From: Phoronis australis | Lineage: Eukaryota > Animalia > Phoronida | Assembly (NCBI GenBank): GCA_002633005.1 | Contig: NMRA01000026.1 | Location: forward strand, 255,407 to 319,406 | Length of the DNA stretch: 64,000 bases | Direction of reading: 5' to 3' | Shown here: one piece after another, positions 23,423-42,016 of the stretch | Numbering within the stretch: position 1 is the first letter of the stretch | Layout: the number at the start of each line of letters is the position of its first letter | The notes under the pieces: model-generated | What the model saw: the letters and a program-made list of their open reading frames with translations, nothing else | Database searches by the model: none | Told to the model about the DNA's origin: nothing | Translations under genes and position numbers: made by a program

Positions 23423-26400
23423 GCCGATTGAACGATCCCGGGTCTTGACCCGGGAGTGACAAAGCATGAGAGAGCAATTGTCGGTCCAGGAAGAAAATCT
23501 CCTAAATTCGAGAATAATTATAGAGAAGAATTTTCAGAACACCGAACACAGTTCGTATCAGCTTTTTATACCACGCATTGTCTTGGCATTCTTTCATCGT
23601 GTTTCTTTGCCTGGACTAAATTGCTTTCACGTCATGAAACGTTCGTCCAGGTCTGTGAAAGAAAACAACAGGGCAAACTCGGTCGATAATCTTTAATTTC
23701 TCAAGTTTCAAACCAGCCGATCCACAAGAACAAGGTAAACACACTTTTAATACTCATCGATCTGTACGGAACTGGAATTACAACGAATTCAGCTGTAAAC
23801 AGGTGAACGCTAACCCAAGCCAACTCACTCAGTCGGACAGCGGAGAATGAGCAGGATATTGCTAAAATTTCAAAAAACTGATATTTGCACCTATAATTTC
23901 CTAAGAATGTATTTAGCTGTTTTATTTTGATTTCTTAGAATGTATATTTTGTCTGTATCTAACTGGTAAGCGTGTATTAGCGCCCTCCTTTGAGCGACAT
24001 AAATTTCATTCGTGATTTGCGTCAACCAAAAATCTTATCGGATCTTTCTTGCTTTATTCGTTGTTTTACTCAATGTTTTGAAAACTTCCATGGAGTGTTA
24101 TCGGATAACAATACATATGTTAGCTTAGTTTCAATTTCCGTCAGTAAACATAGTACTTTGCCTTTGTTTTCAGTTATTCCAGATAAGTGAGAACTTCGAA
24201 AAAGTGATCCAGTGAACAAAAAGTACGTCGTACGTTACTTTATTTGTCGGTAGTTATTTGTCAGTAAACCAGTTATTTTACGTCTTGCACGCGCGTGTGA
24301 TAATGAAATTTGTTTAAGCTCTGTATGATCAGAAACACTGCATATGCCTATATAAATGAACGCACCCCGGGGGAGGATGCGGGGCTCGAACGAGTTCCCC
24401 ATTTTGCGAAGTGGGCAAAAAGATCCAACTCAGAAAAACAAAATCTCCGAAAGAAGTAGAAAACGAGACGAAAGTCCATTAAGAAGTCAAACACTACCAA
24501 AATTCGGTGAATGCACAATTCATATCTCTGAACGTACCCATTCTCAAAAATACAAGCCCCCCTATTTTTAGGCTGCGTCCGCGCATGCTTGTAAACACTC
24601 AAGCGTTTCGGGTAGTTTATCTTGTTTATTTTAAGAGCTTTCCATCAAAAACAGTTTCAAAGCCCTCTTGTAACAGAAAAGTCAAATTTTAACCACAAAT
24701 TTATTCTTGGTTTCCTGTCAAGTACTTCGTCCAACCCCGAATATACGTAGGTGCAGCCTCACATACAGACGTATTGGTCTACACACCCTGAAGAAGCTAT
24801 TCGTTAGATTTTAATTTGGATTTTAACCCCATAAAAGGAATTTTACGCAAAGTAAAACTTAAGTAAAAAATTATCATTCCTACACGAGTATCTTGTCCGG
24901 ATTTTGCAACACCAAAATCGGCGCCAAAATAGAATGGTGGCGAACCTCGTCTTACAATTGCACTGTTGCTGTTTTCAGAGCCACCTTTCAGTTATTCAAG
25001 CTCTCTGTGTAACTTATAAATTAAATGGAAAGTTCGTCAAAGGGAATTAAGATTAAAACCAACTTCACTTTTATACATGTAAGCAATCAGTATTTCAAAA
25101 CGCATTGTCAACGAAACAGTATGCATCGGTTTAAAAAGACGACGGTTCGTGACAGCCAGGGCACGTGGCCACTGCTGCCAAATTTCCAAGAGTATTTCGT
25201 GAATTATCGCATGCGTTTGAGTTTGTGTGGACTTCGTGATCTACAGAGTGCGTGTACACTATATGCCGCAGCGAAATGATCAACTATTGTTGCACGGGTC
25301 GCATAATCATTCTACAGTGTAGATCACGTAGATACACACGCGGATATCCAAATTCGTCATTTGATCTAAAGCACAAGGTTAGCTTTGTATGAAATTTGCC
25401 ACAATGAGCGCTACTGAAAACATTTTATACCTAAAGGCGAACTTTTTTGCAGTTGTTAAAATGAAAACGTTTTAAAAAAACATGAGCTCAGCTGACCATT
25501 CAGTAAGTAATGGTGAAGGTAACAAAAAGATTTCACTACTTTTCATTTTCAATTCGTTCTTCTTTTAAAAATATCATTTTTGTAAATTGAAAGTTTGAAC
25601 ACGGTTGTCATGGCTGTTCTGTCGTCAGCAGTGCCCGCTACGCGGTATAAGGTCTCAAGTCGTCAAAGCTGTTGACATGACGGCAGCTGCGCGCGCGATG
25701 ACATTGTATTACAAGACTTGGTGCAACGAAAACACTAAAAACATGGATTTAATCAGAACCTCATCATACCAGAGAAATTGAAATCATGTTCGTTCGCTCT
25801 GGTATTAATGAACGTACACAAGACAATCCGCACGCCAACATCAACGCGTCCGACCACTACCAACACGTAAGCGTAGACGTCATCGCCTTTGCGTCCGCAC
25901 ATTTGCGATTTAAGCCGCAAAGCGCCGGACTGTTAGTTTTGTTTTTGACGACTGACCTTTTCTGACCGACCATCCAGTTTCTTGTTGTGTATGCGATTCG
26001 ATAACGTCATTAATTTTGGTTGATGGTAATTATTTGTTGTAGGATTAGGCTTATCTTGCGAATGACGTTGAGTTTGATCAACCACGACTTGGCATTACTT
26101 CGGCAATCTAGCTTTCGGCAGTTAATCCCGGATAGCCATTGCGTTTGACGATACCTTTTCCAAATACTTTACCTCATCGATCTTGTGATGTTATTGAAAA
26201 AAATGCAGCTTACACCTGGAATTCACCAACATTCATATAATTTCTATTCAATAGGACGATTATAGCGACACTTATTGTTACCGGTACCCTTAGAAACGCC
26301 TGCTGTTTCGCTGGAGTTTAAAACAAAATTTGACTGTTACAAAACAAACCTGTTTTTTCACATAATTCTATCTCTTTGTGATCCATTTACGCGTTCAATT

Positions 26401-27076
26401 GGCTATTTTCTCTCAAAAGTCGGGCTGAGACCAAAAACACTGCCACTTTTGAACGTGTGAATATTCGTGAACTCTTGAAACGTGTACAGTGTCACACAAA
26501 ATCTATTTTGTTCATACGTTTCCCAATCTGTGGAGGGAACTAGGCTCACTGTCTTTCCTTCAAAATCCACTTTGTGAAGCAAACGTTCAAAGCACCGCTG
26601 TGAGTCTTGGTATTTTGCCAATATACTACAGAGGCGCGCGCTCCCTTGTTTGACCTGCTCTAGGAAAACAGAAACGACAAAAATTGCCTTCAACTGAGAA
26701 ATTGTTCATATCTCGCTTTATTAACGTTGTTGTCAGCAGTTTATAACTCATAGCGAATTTTACCAATGGATATGCGTCACAAATCAGCAAGAGTTTTTTT
26801 AAATTACAGGTAATGTCAGGTGAGCTTAATGAAGGGAGTTAGCTTCAGAAAGTAAACTAGACTACAATTAAGTAGAATCTCACATAGCTGGACCCGGCGA
26901 CAAAGGGAAACGATTCACAAAACTCTTTTCCTACGTTACATTTCGATATACATGTACGTCCTTTAAGGGGTCGCTGGCAATAAGAAGACATTTAAGTAGC
27001 ACATTTGTATATCCTCTCTTGAGCTTTTAAGCAATACGTGAATTTGTGTGGCTCACAACTGTCGACACTTTCAACC

Positions 27077-27219
27077 CATAGGCGGCGCACCATAAGGGGC
27101 TGTGGGAGCTGTATCCCCACCTTTCCAGTGCTGCAACGCCCATGGTCTGTAGGCAGAGCACCGCACGGGGGCTAGGGGGGCTTTAGCCCCCGATTTTTTT
27201 CAGTGCTGCGCCGCCCATG
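27077..27219. mobile_element. GC-rich MITE
   Basis: TIRs CATAGGCGGCGCA / TGCGCCGCCCATG, with a 6-bp near-duplicated flank TCAACC / TCAACG. Confidence 0.65.
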
Positions 27220-30200
27220 TCAACGACAAAAAATGTGAACGCAAGGGGGTAAATGCCGGCTTTAAAATGTTCCTAAAATGTTGATAGCAAAAATTAAAAA
27301 ATAAATTTTGTTATAAGAAACGCTTTTGGAGCTGAGAGAGCCTGGCCTATTAAAAGGTTTAAAATTTGTCTGCTTTTGAACATGTGGTTTGTTATGGGCA
27401 ACCCGCATTGGCACCGCAACTAAGGTGCGGGCTAATTTAAAGTTTTATTATATACGTGGCGCATAATGTAAAAGACAGTATTCGTCAACAACTGCAGACA
27501 ACTCTCAAAAGTAATTTCAAGAAACACGGATGTATTCTCTTTTGTGTAATTTGTTCTGTACGTTTATGTCTATCGCTGAATGACGTCATATCGCTCAAGC
27601 CACGACCACCAGGATTATCATCGAAATTATAATCCGGACATGCAAAAAGAATACTACCAAAACAATTTATAGCGGGTTAGTATGAGCTATCGCGTACAGT
27701 TTCTTTATGAGTTTGATCTGTCAACACATGCATGTAACTTCCAGGAATCATTTAAAAGGAGTTTTCAGAAGAAAACTGTATCACCACTCTTAGTTACAAA
27801 CTGCACTTGGAAGTTGAGGTCACGACAAAACCGTCAGTTGTTTATGTTTACAAGGTTGTTCAAGTTCCAGCTACCTTTGTACCGTACTTTGTTTACATTT
27901 ATGAAGGTTACTAATCTAAATAGAAATAATAATCCATTGTAGTCTCCAGGTTATCTTAGTGACATTTATTTATAACATAATGATTGTTTTTCACGATGAA
28001 GACAATACGTTCACCGAGCAAAAACTTTGACCTTGACCCTTTTTAATGTCCCGAGAACGCAATATTTCGTGAACTTGAGTGCTTTGCAAATAAGTTTTAA
28101 GGATCCGGCTACCGTAACGAAAATCTCGCCACAAAACGTTACGGTTATGCATTTTGTATAGGGCCCTTTAAAAATGCCTAGGCTTCGGCCAACTTCGCCA
28201 ACTTCGGAGCACCATATCTCGGAAATGGCTGATCGGATGCACGCGAAACTTTGAGATAGTATGTTTTATGCAAAACACTGTTAATGGAAATGTGTTTTTC
28301 AAATGTTACACTTGCAAATTAAAAATTGCTTTGATGATTCATCAAAATATTGCGCAAAATTTAATCGTAAATTTGGCTTAAAGCAGGTTACAGCGTTTTT
28401 TGAGACCTCACTCATATCACATAAAACTTGGTAATTAAGTAATACTGCTGCCTTGCTTTCAATGTATTTTTGTTTTTGACTAATTTTAGCATGGTCACGT
28501 GACCTATTGTCAAAATCTAATTCCCAGACTTTCTCCTTTCAGAAAATGCGTGTACGTACTAAGTTAAAAGTTTTGTAAATATTTGGCCAAACATGCACAC
28601 TCTAAAATCGTTAATACTCTGCACATGCGCCGAGTTTGACATAAGAAACACGTCACGTTCCTCCAAACAGCTATTAGTATACAGCAACACAGGAAACGTT
28701 GAAGATCATGAACAATAACCGACGAGCAAATTTTGGCAATTTGTTTACCATGTAAGGCAACATCCGGGATAGTTCATTATGCATAATGGTGATATATTCA
28801 GTATTTATTTGCTAAGTTCTTTGACGTGCACTTTAAGCAGCCACGCTCAGTGTGAGATAAGAAACTAATAACATGTGAATATTATACAACGACGGGACAT
28901 AAACTTGATATCTATACAGTACTCACCTTGAACGACGTGCAATCATTTATTGAGAGAAAACATTTTTACCAATTTCAACGAGGCTTGTTGGATTTCTTTC
29001 TAAATTTAATAACAATTTTCAAAATCTTTTGCCCATTTGTTCATAAAAATTTTTGACGAAGTGCTTCAGAATCGAACAACTGCAAAGCCGACAAACCAAA
29101 CTCGTCAGGTGTCCCTTCACATTGTATAACTTTTTGTCATATAAGTAATGCCGGGCCTGTTATTACTGAACGTAGCTTGTTACGTAATCTTGTGAACTGG
29201 ATTTTTTTAATATTAGCACCTTTAGCCGCGATGGTCTGTTAAAGTGGACTGTTTTAGCAATGCTACAGTATGAAGGAAAACGAAGGATGAGGGTCGGCGG
29301 CAGGTGGCACGGCGTACGTCCCAGGCATCATTAACCGAATAAAGTTACTTGCATGCGTTCGTAACAATATAGAGACATTTGCTGAACCTTATGTGGACGT
29401 CTTTTTTTAATACGTAGTGAAGCGAGAGTTTCAAAATGAGCTCGGGTTCGCACCTTACGACTTAGCTTTGCAGGTATGAAGCCAATTGATTTACCCCCGA
29501 TTTCCCCACTTCCGAGTCTCAAGCTTAAATTCTCAAATGCAATGTCATCACAATTTCTGACGATGGTTACACAACCAAAACCTGAAACAACATTGTAATC
29601 CTAATCGCAACACTAACGGTCGCAGAAATAGTATTGTCTTTATATAGTTTGTATGTTCTTTTCTCAAAACTTTCCATCTTTTTCAATCTAAAGTTGACCA
29701 TGATCGACAGACTTAGATAAAAGTTTATAAAGTTGTCTTAAACTTGTCTCATCCAACTGGCAGTCCAAAGTTAAAACAAGAACACGCGCACATGTGATGA
29801 TCGTAGGGATGTGTAGAGAGGCATGCATTGCAGGATGTAATCTTATCGACACTGTAAGGTATCGTCTAAAACATGCAGATAAAAGTGCGATTAAACCCTT
29901 ACCTGTCAATGCTATTATAATTACTCTGACCTGTATTGCCCATCGGCACCGGGACATGTTAAGAATTTTTGCAAGTGGATATAGCATATTTTTTGTTAAT
30001 TTGTTACCATAGTAACAGCATGCAGCATGCATGCGTACGCAAAAAGAAGACCCACCCACTGAACAATGGTATGGCTGAAAACTGGGACCATTGCGTTATT
30101 TTATGTTCTTGAAAGCTGACGAAGAGGTCTTTTTTGTTTTGAACACTTCATATACGTCCGCAGTTATTACATAAAACTTCACGTGGCTCGTTCATTGCTA

Positions 30201-32883
30201 CGTCTTGCTCTGGTTTCGCCCGCCAACGCCCACTCGTTGTTTGAACAAAAACTTTGATTGAATCACTGAAGTGAACCCAGGCGATTGCCTAACCCTTTAC
30301 GTCGATCATCTCCCGATTGTTACACGAATGACAAACGATAAGGCTATCTTTCTAGTGACAACGAATTGCCAAATTCCACTTGGACCCGGAGTTGTGCCGT
30401 GGTACAATCTGAATGGCGTCTCGCGATGGGTAATCGGCCTCCTATGGAGCGGACTCTGGCCGCAATGATTGGTTAAGACAAAGATAGGGGGAGATAATTG
30501 ATGATTGAAACACGAAAATTATCTTCTATTGCGGTTTATTTGATTTTCGGATTTGCAGCAAGGAATGCTTTTTAGCAGCTTTTTTGTAAAATGTAAAATT
30601 GCTTACAATTTGTGTATTTTATGTAGTTATACTTCGATTTTTATACGAAACATGGGAACTCCATTTAAAAAAGAAAAAAAAAACAAGACCAATACGTGGG
30701 CTTAAGTCGCAAGCCAGTCTGCTGGGATTCGAGAATTTGTAACATGGATTCATGTCATAGCTACTGACCCCTATGACGGAGAGGCCATGAGAATCGTTCG
30801 ACGTCGATAGTGTATTGGTTGCTGGGACTGAGAAAGAATGTTGTAAATGTCGCAGGAATTGTCTTATACACGCTCGACTGCCAACTATAGTCCACAGCGA
30901 TTACTTAGAATTTGCCTCAGAGCTGGCCGAACGATGTCAAAAAAAAATAAATAAAATAAACAAATAAATAAGCGCAACCTCTGGTATATTACCAGAATCG
31001 TTTTCTGCATAAACATTCAGTTACAGCCCGTCTTAGAACGTGAAGATCGACTTACAATTAACAGTTTAACGTTTGATTTTTATTTTTTGTCTGAAAAGTA
31101 AGTTTTATCTTTGTGTCATGTCGAATTACACATCGCGGTTCATTATTCCCAATGGTACGTCTGACGCATGCGCCAAACACGTGGCACCAATTGGGCTGGA
31201 CTTGCACTCATCCATTACGAGGCAGCTTTCCTTTTCTGCAGGATTACCGTAGTCCACACACCGACGGGTAATCTACGTCACAACCGTAACTGAAGCCAAC
31301 ACCTTAGCCCGGCCATTCGACCAAGTTCTCATAGACTGGTATCCTCCTTCGGACATGCCTTAGAGCAGTTCAGCAGATGCCACCCCCCTGTGGAGCGGCC
31401 CTGGCAATTGTCTTTTTGCGCCCTCTACATAAATCTCGCTGCCACTGTCAACTATTCACGACCCGGGAAAGTAGATAAATTTCAAATTTATCGAGTACAA
31501 CACTATTCACAAGCATCAAGACGGAACCAAACAACAGAAAAGTGAGATTCCATTAAAAACAAACAAACAAACAAACAAACAGTAGCACTGACTGCTAAAC
31601 TGAATGGAAACTTGTAAAAATTAAAGAACATTCAACGATATTCTCGTTTTATAACGATAAAACTACTGATGATTTTTCCAAACGTGGTATCCATTTAGGA
31701 AAGAAGTCTCGGTTGAAGTATGAAGGTTGTGTGTACTGTAGGAAACTCCCACTCGAACACTATCGGGGTTACGAAGAACCAGTGTGTAGAGGGTGCATCT
31801 AACGTCGATACGGTGTCAAAGTATATGTACTGTCAACCGTGAACAGATATTTCTGCGATTGATTTGGCGGAGTGGCAAGCTTGTTAATTCATCAACCGCA
31901 ACAGTCGGACTAACCTCAGTCGTCAAACACGCTTAAATCCTGAAAATTTCTTGGGGAGGACCGTCAAAGCCCCGGTGAATGCCCAGCGTCTATCGTGCTC
32001 TCTCGGTTGCCCCTCCAGTACACATGCGCAAGTCTTCGGGAATTGCGCAGAAGTTCCAAAGACCGGAGTGAATTACGACTATTTCAAAGACTTGTGCGAC
32101 AGCCCCCAGTTAACTCAAAAGTGGGCGCTGTGTTTTGTTTTTTTAATGTTGCGGTGACGTAACGGGCCCAACATGTCAAAAGGTTACCTTTTCAACCTGT
32201 AAGGGTTCAGTTTGTAATTTACATGTTTATGTACCTACGAAAAATGACAGAATCATTTTTGAATACTTGATTAAGTTTCAGTGAACTTAGATGCACTGGC
32301 TGAACATCCGGGGAAATCAGATACAATGTATCATCTGACAGACAGCAAAGTGCACTATTAGATTTCGCCAACCTGGAATAACAATGATTCTTGACGAAAC
32401 CCGGTATATCACTTGCCACCTTGGGGTCAACTAAAACTTCGAGTAGCGAAGTTTCAACATGGAATTGCCTAAGCCCTGATGCACGCTATCAGAGACCATA
32501 AAATTGCAGCATTTCAAAGTGGGGGACACACCACGTACGTACTCCAAGCACTGAGTGCAGGAGGCGCCAGCAAGAATGCAACCGACATAGTATTAAAATG
32601 TCTATGCTTACGACGGTGTACATGTACACGTACTTGGGAGATGTGCAACGTTTCCGATGACGTCAAGCTCCGTGCCATGCCATACTCCGTGTATCCGCCT
32701 GGCGCGTTTCCGGCAGCGAGTCACATTGGCTAAAACTGTCAATACATTGCTCAGTAAAACGCCAGTTTCATCAAATGACGCCACAAGTGTTAAATTATGC
32801 ATATTGTATATTCAGCACAAGATTTTACAATGCTAATCTATACATACACTGGCTGATAGTACTAATAATGGCTTACATCAGTG

Positions 32884-33562
32884 ACAAGATCAACGCAGAG
32901 CGTTGAAATGCGCCCACGAATGCACCGCAAATGAAGTGCTTTTAGGGTTATTTATTTGTATCACAAAAATGGCAACTAGGTGGCGCAAAAACGTACAATC
33001 CATCAAAAAATGGGAACATGTCATATTTCATAAAAATTTGTCAAGGACCTTCAGAGAAACAAAGGAAAACAGAATAAAATGAAAGTACCACTTGTGGACA
33101 CAGCGAGCGTTGGATACGCCTGAAAGTCGTCGTCGGTTGCTATCTTCATATAAATACACTTACTAAATTTAATAAAGATCTTGCAGTGGGTTTAGGAGAT
33201 AGGCCTAGAGCTATGGGCGCAAAACAAAACAAAACTACAACAAGGAAGCGCCACAGTAGTCAGTCGCCATCATTAAATGTCCTCTTTACATTGAAAACAT
33301 ATACGTCAATTTTCAAAACCATCCCTAGAGTGATTTGGTTGATAGAGGGGTGGACGCAAAAAACAGATTAAAAAACAGTAAAAATGGCCAAACTACGTCG
33401 AATCCATCAGAACACGGGAGAATAGGATCACCTCACCAATAGATGCTTATATTCAAAATTTTATGAACATACGTCAAGGCATTTTGGAGATAGAGCAGCG
33501 GACGCCAGACGGACGGACGGAGATGACGGCATAATGCATATAAATATATGGGCGCATAAAAA
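32884..33562. mobile_element. Diverged copy of the Helentron/DINE-1-like element
   Basis: The 5' end ACAAGATCAACGCAGAGCGTTGAAATGCGCCCACGAATGC matches 12481. (GACG)n microsatellite near the 3' end. Subterminal inverted repeat ATGCGCCCA / TGGGCGCAT followed by AAAAA. Confidence 0.7.
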
Positions 33563-36280
33563 TGACCCGGTCAGCCGACGACAGTCACTCTCCGGCAGGG
33601 GAACCACTTGCTTTCGCCGCTAGGCCTTGCAAATCCATTCCTAAAGGAGAAATCCTCATGGTCACCAATAAAACATGACAGCGCGCTGGCCTCCGGCGGC
33701 CTAGCTGATCTCTTGATTATTGCTTGCGAAGAGCGAAAATTCGGCCTAGACGAACCAATCCCTGTGTTGTACAGCATCAATGCGACACTGCCAGATAAAA
33801 AACAACTTGTAATATGGAAAAGTAATTAAATTAGCTTAGTAAACGTTGAACAGCAATTCAAAATTTAAAACCAAGCTTTTACACTGAAACAAAGGAAGAC
33901 TATGCAGGTGGTAGAGCACCAGGAGTCAGAAAACATAACAATATAACACAGACGAGCACCACTATGACATGAATGTGAATCTCACAAGGAAACTAGTGGC
34001 GCCCCACCGTGCACAACGTAGAGTCCTAATATAGGACCAGTCGCAATGTCTTTCACATTGACTGTTCAATAACACCCTTCACAAATAGCGTCCTAGTCCA
34101 AGACTGAATATGTGTAAATTTTAAAATCCATCACCAGGCTCAATGAACTAGGTCTTGATTGCTCAAGTCAACTCATTTACATCTACGCTGTACCCGAACA
34201 CCATCCACTTTTGTTTTGAACCCAATTATAAGTGGCGCCCTCTGTGGTACAATCCACTTACCACAGCTATAGACCACATACCCATACACTTGTGCACAAG
34301 TGTTGGTGAGCTAACCATACAACCTACACTGTTGGACTACGCTATCCGCAGTGCAGGTAAATATACTTTAACACACTATAGGTTTACACTTTGCATTGAC
34401 TGCAGCTCTGGTAAGAGAAGTAAGCCAGTTATAGGCCATGAACATACCTATAGTCTAGGTCATGTTACAAAAATAGGACATAAGCAAAAGGTTTGCAAGA
34501 GAAAAAATAGATCTTCAGGGTTCAATCCCAGCAAACTATCTCTTGCACCAAACCCACAACAAACTCAGCAGCCTATAAGATGTCTTTGCCAATCTTGTTT
34601 TCTCCCAGTGCCCAGTTGCATAAAACAGTCCTTACGTTCCCTATGCCTTCATTGGATTTACTTTATAATGACAATTCATTTTATCCTTATTATCATCCAC
34701 TCTTTGACTAGTGACATTTTATAATAAAATGTCAAATGCCTGAGAACTTATTTCAATGGAATGAACAAAGACTTAGTTCTTACATTGGGGGGGGGGTGCA
34801 CGGAGTAGATCTCTATTTATTTTCAACACTCAGAATTCAATTTAGTTTAATCTCAATGTGCACCAAACGCCAAAATTGTCTTAAGATATGAAAATAAAAC
34901 CTGTAGCACAAAATGGACAATCCACGTTTTCCTAACTTCCATAAAAAGTTATGGAACACATTTTCATGCAACTGGACACACAAACACAAAAATTTCTCTC
35001 ATTCAAGTAAATATTTCAAGTCACTAAGGGTTACACTTTCCTTTAATTATGGAGAAAAATTCAGCTTTATGATTGCTTTAACACTGTCATGGGCACTGAG
35101 CTCGGTAGTTACAGGGCCGTTTTCCGTTCAGCGACATTCATGCGAGATCACAAGAGCGAGAGGCTAGTGTCTTGCAAGTAAGATTTTGACCAAATTAGCA
35201 TACATTACGGTAAAAGGAAGTTGATGATGGGACACAGAATTATGGGAGTAAACCCAAACCGAGTGTCGCGCACCACCTGACGCAGCCCAGTCTATAATAT
35301 TGACTAGTTATTACTCACAAATATCAGATTTTCCCCTAAAATTCTGAGCATCACTGGTTGCATAATTAAGCAATGTTGCATCTTGTCAAAAGTAACCTAT
35401 CAAGACTAACGATACAGTTGCCATCATAAAAAATCAAGACAGTTCAACAAGTCCAAAAACAAGACAGTCCAAACAGTCCAGCAGAAAGACAAACAAGCTC
35501 AATAACTACATAACAGTAATTTCAAAATAAGCTTGACGATTACATTCTCGTCAAAATTACAAAGCACAAGCTTTTTATTAATTCTTTACCCATTTATCAT
35601 ACATTTTCCAATGACTTCCCTCTTCGTTACCCAAGTAATTTTGGTGGTGACAGTAGGCTTCATTGAAATTTTCTGTATCAGTGGTTCAAAATAACGGCTC
35701 TCCCTGGGTTTTAAAGAGACACCATCGGAGAGAAAAATGTATCTTTTTAAATCAGCTCCATGATGAATGCAAGCTCAATACTTTAGGAGTTGATACTGAT
35801 GACTTTGCTTCCAAAGCTAAACCCCACTCGGCAGGTAGACAAGTATTTGAACTAACCTCAAGTTGGGAGAATTGATGATTCATAAAAAAATTGCTACAGA
35901 GTTGATTGTTTCAAAGCTCTGGTCAAACCTAATAACTCATATTCCGCCTTACAATAATCTCATACATAGGTGATTTCAGGGGGGGGGGGTCATGAGGGTA
36001 CAGACACCCCATTTTTCCTTTTAATTTAGTGCTCTCAAATCTAGAATTTTCAAATTGTTGACTTGGAAAACCCCTTTTAAAAAAAATTTGATGCGACCCC
36101 CTTTCAATAATCCTGGATCTGCCCCTGTCGAAAATATATTTCTTGTCTTAAAACCGAGCGTGCCGCTTTAACAAAAAGATGCTCTAACAACACAACTAGT
36201 GCCCTCTCCAGTCTATCACAGTCACCAGCATTCACAGTCAGATTACATGAGATTTCAATGGACCAAAGAACCAGTCAGGT

Positions 36281-40430
<4,150 letters not shown>

Positions 40431-42016
40431 TCTCCAAGTTAATAATCCAGTTACTGGAGACACAAATTGTCGAGTTGCGACGGCAGCAAAACACCCCCGA
40501 TCACGTTCTTCATGTTTAAAATTCCCTGAAATGATCGTAGAATTACTCAGAGAAGCAAGCTAAACCTAGCCTTGGTACAAAAGCTGCATACTAAATATAC
40601 ACAGTGGTACCTAGTTGTATTTTTATGATAGTCTTGATACAGCTAGCTGGCTGGCAAGCTAAACCCAACCACCAATTGTTTGGATAACGGTATTGGATAG
40701 TTGATATTAAAAACTGTCAGTGAACAAGCAACATAATATCCACTAGGTGGTGATGATGATTCAGCCAAGGTAACTCAATAACATCAGAACAAATTAAAAA
40801 TAGGTCACCAGCAGACACAAACAGTTCCACGTTAAATGAAAAGCTGAGTTTTGATGTTGAGTCACACACACACACACAACGAGCTAGGTAGACTAGCTAG
40901 ACACTACTGTCTACACCGTCTGACCCAGTAACTAGGTAGATAGATAGGTTTGCATCTGCTTGAACAACAAAATTGAGAACTTACATAATTATGCCCCTCG
41001 TAAGATCAGTCACAGAGCTAAAGTACAAAGGCAGACCTCGTAAACAAGTACACAAGTAGGCTCAACAATCAACAGTAATCAAGAGTTACTAGAGAGTGGA
41101 CCATTAGCTCACATTATCCTTTGAATCCACTGTCACGTAATATACATATACATGTTAACAAACCCACACGATGAAACCACCGTTTTCCGTTACAGTCGAC
41201 CACTTACATAACTGTCATTGCCAGATGTGAGCAAATGTCAGCCGCTACAGTCGGAAGATCGTCATATCCTTCACGCCTATGGAACGTGACATCTCACAAC
41301 GTTACGTATGTGATCTGAGTCTGACGGTAAACGAAAATGACACACGATATGTTTATTGATCAGCAACGAACGTTAGTGGCAGGTCCGACAGGCGAGACTT
41401 CTACAATTTTAAGTTGCGACTGATTTCGAGATTGACCTCAGGTTGAACCCAGGTTTCCGCCAAGTTTCAAGTCGCTCGCAAAAAATACTGTCTGTGGTAT
41501 AATCCCAAGAGAATCTCTACATCCACGTTAACCAGAACACGCAAAGAAATCTACAAGACGACCACAAACAGAGCAGTACTCAAGCCAAGGCTCAGCTGAC
41601 TGTCTTCACGATCCAAGCTCATGAGAAAGTTCAAGGTCGTCAACTTTTAATTAAAATANTAGTATATACCGTTGCACACAAGAGGAGAAGAACTCTGCGA
41701 AATGCGGTAAAATCTCATCAAATGTGGACGCAATATGGCCCACGAGTGAATTTATATTTTTCATTTTTTCATAAATAAAATGGGTAGCACCAAATAAAAG
41801 CGTTCCTTTTTTTAAGATCTGTACCATAGATACTGTCAGATAATGTTTCTGTGACATTTTGAACATTTGCAACAATATTGAAAGCCTTTTAATATTGAAA
41901 AAGACCCAAGTTTAGCAGTTTGTACAAATTTGACGGGATTTTACCGATGAGCTCTGTCTTATTACTTTTGACAGAAACATCTGTACTCTACAGCTTCTCT
42001 TTCACCATTGTTCCAG

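Noticed and set aside
23456-23696. Coil-like + strand ORFs as missing CNTLN 5' exons
   Set aside because: No match to recalled N-terminal centlein motifs and no convincing acceptor/donor pair.
32219-32419. Cys-containing minus-strand ORF as a possible exon
   Set aside because: Weak splice signals, no partner exons and no recognisable family.
34155-34724. 189-aa + strand ORF
   Set aside because: TTG start, no recognisable domain and no splice support. It lies antisense to the likely C1orf53-like 3' UTR.
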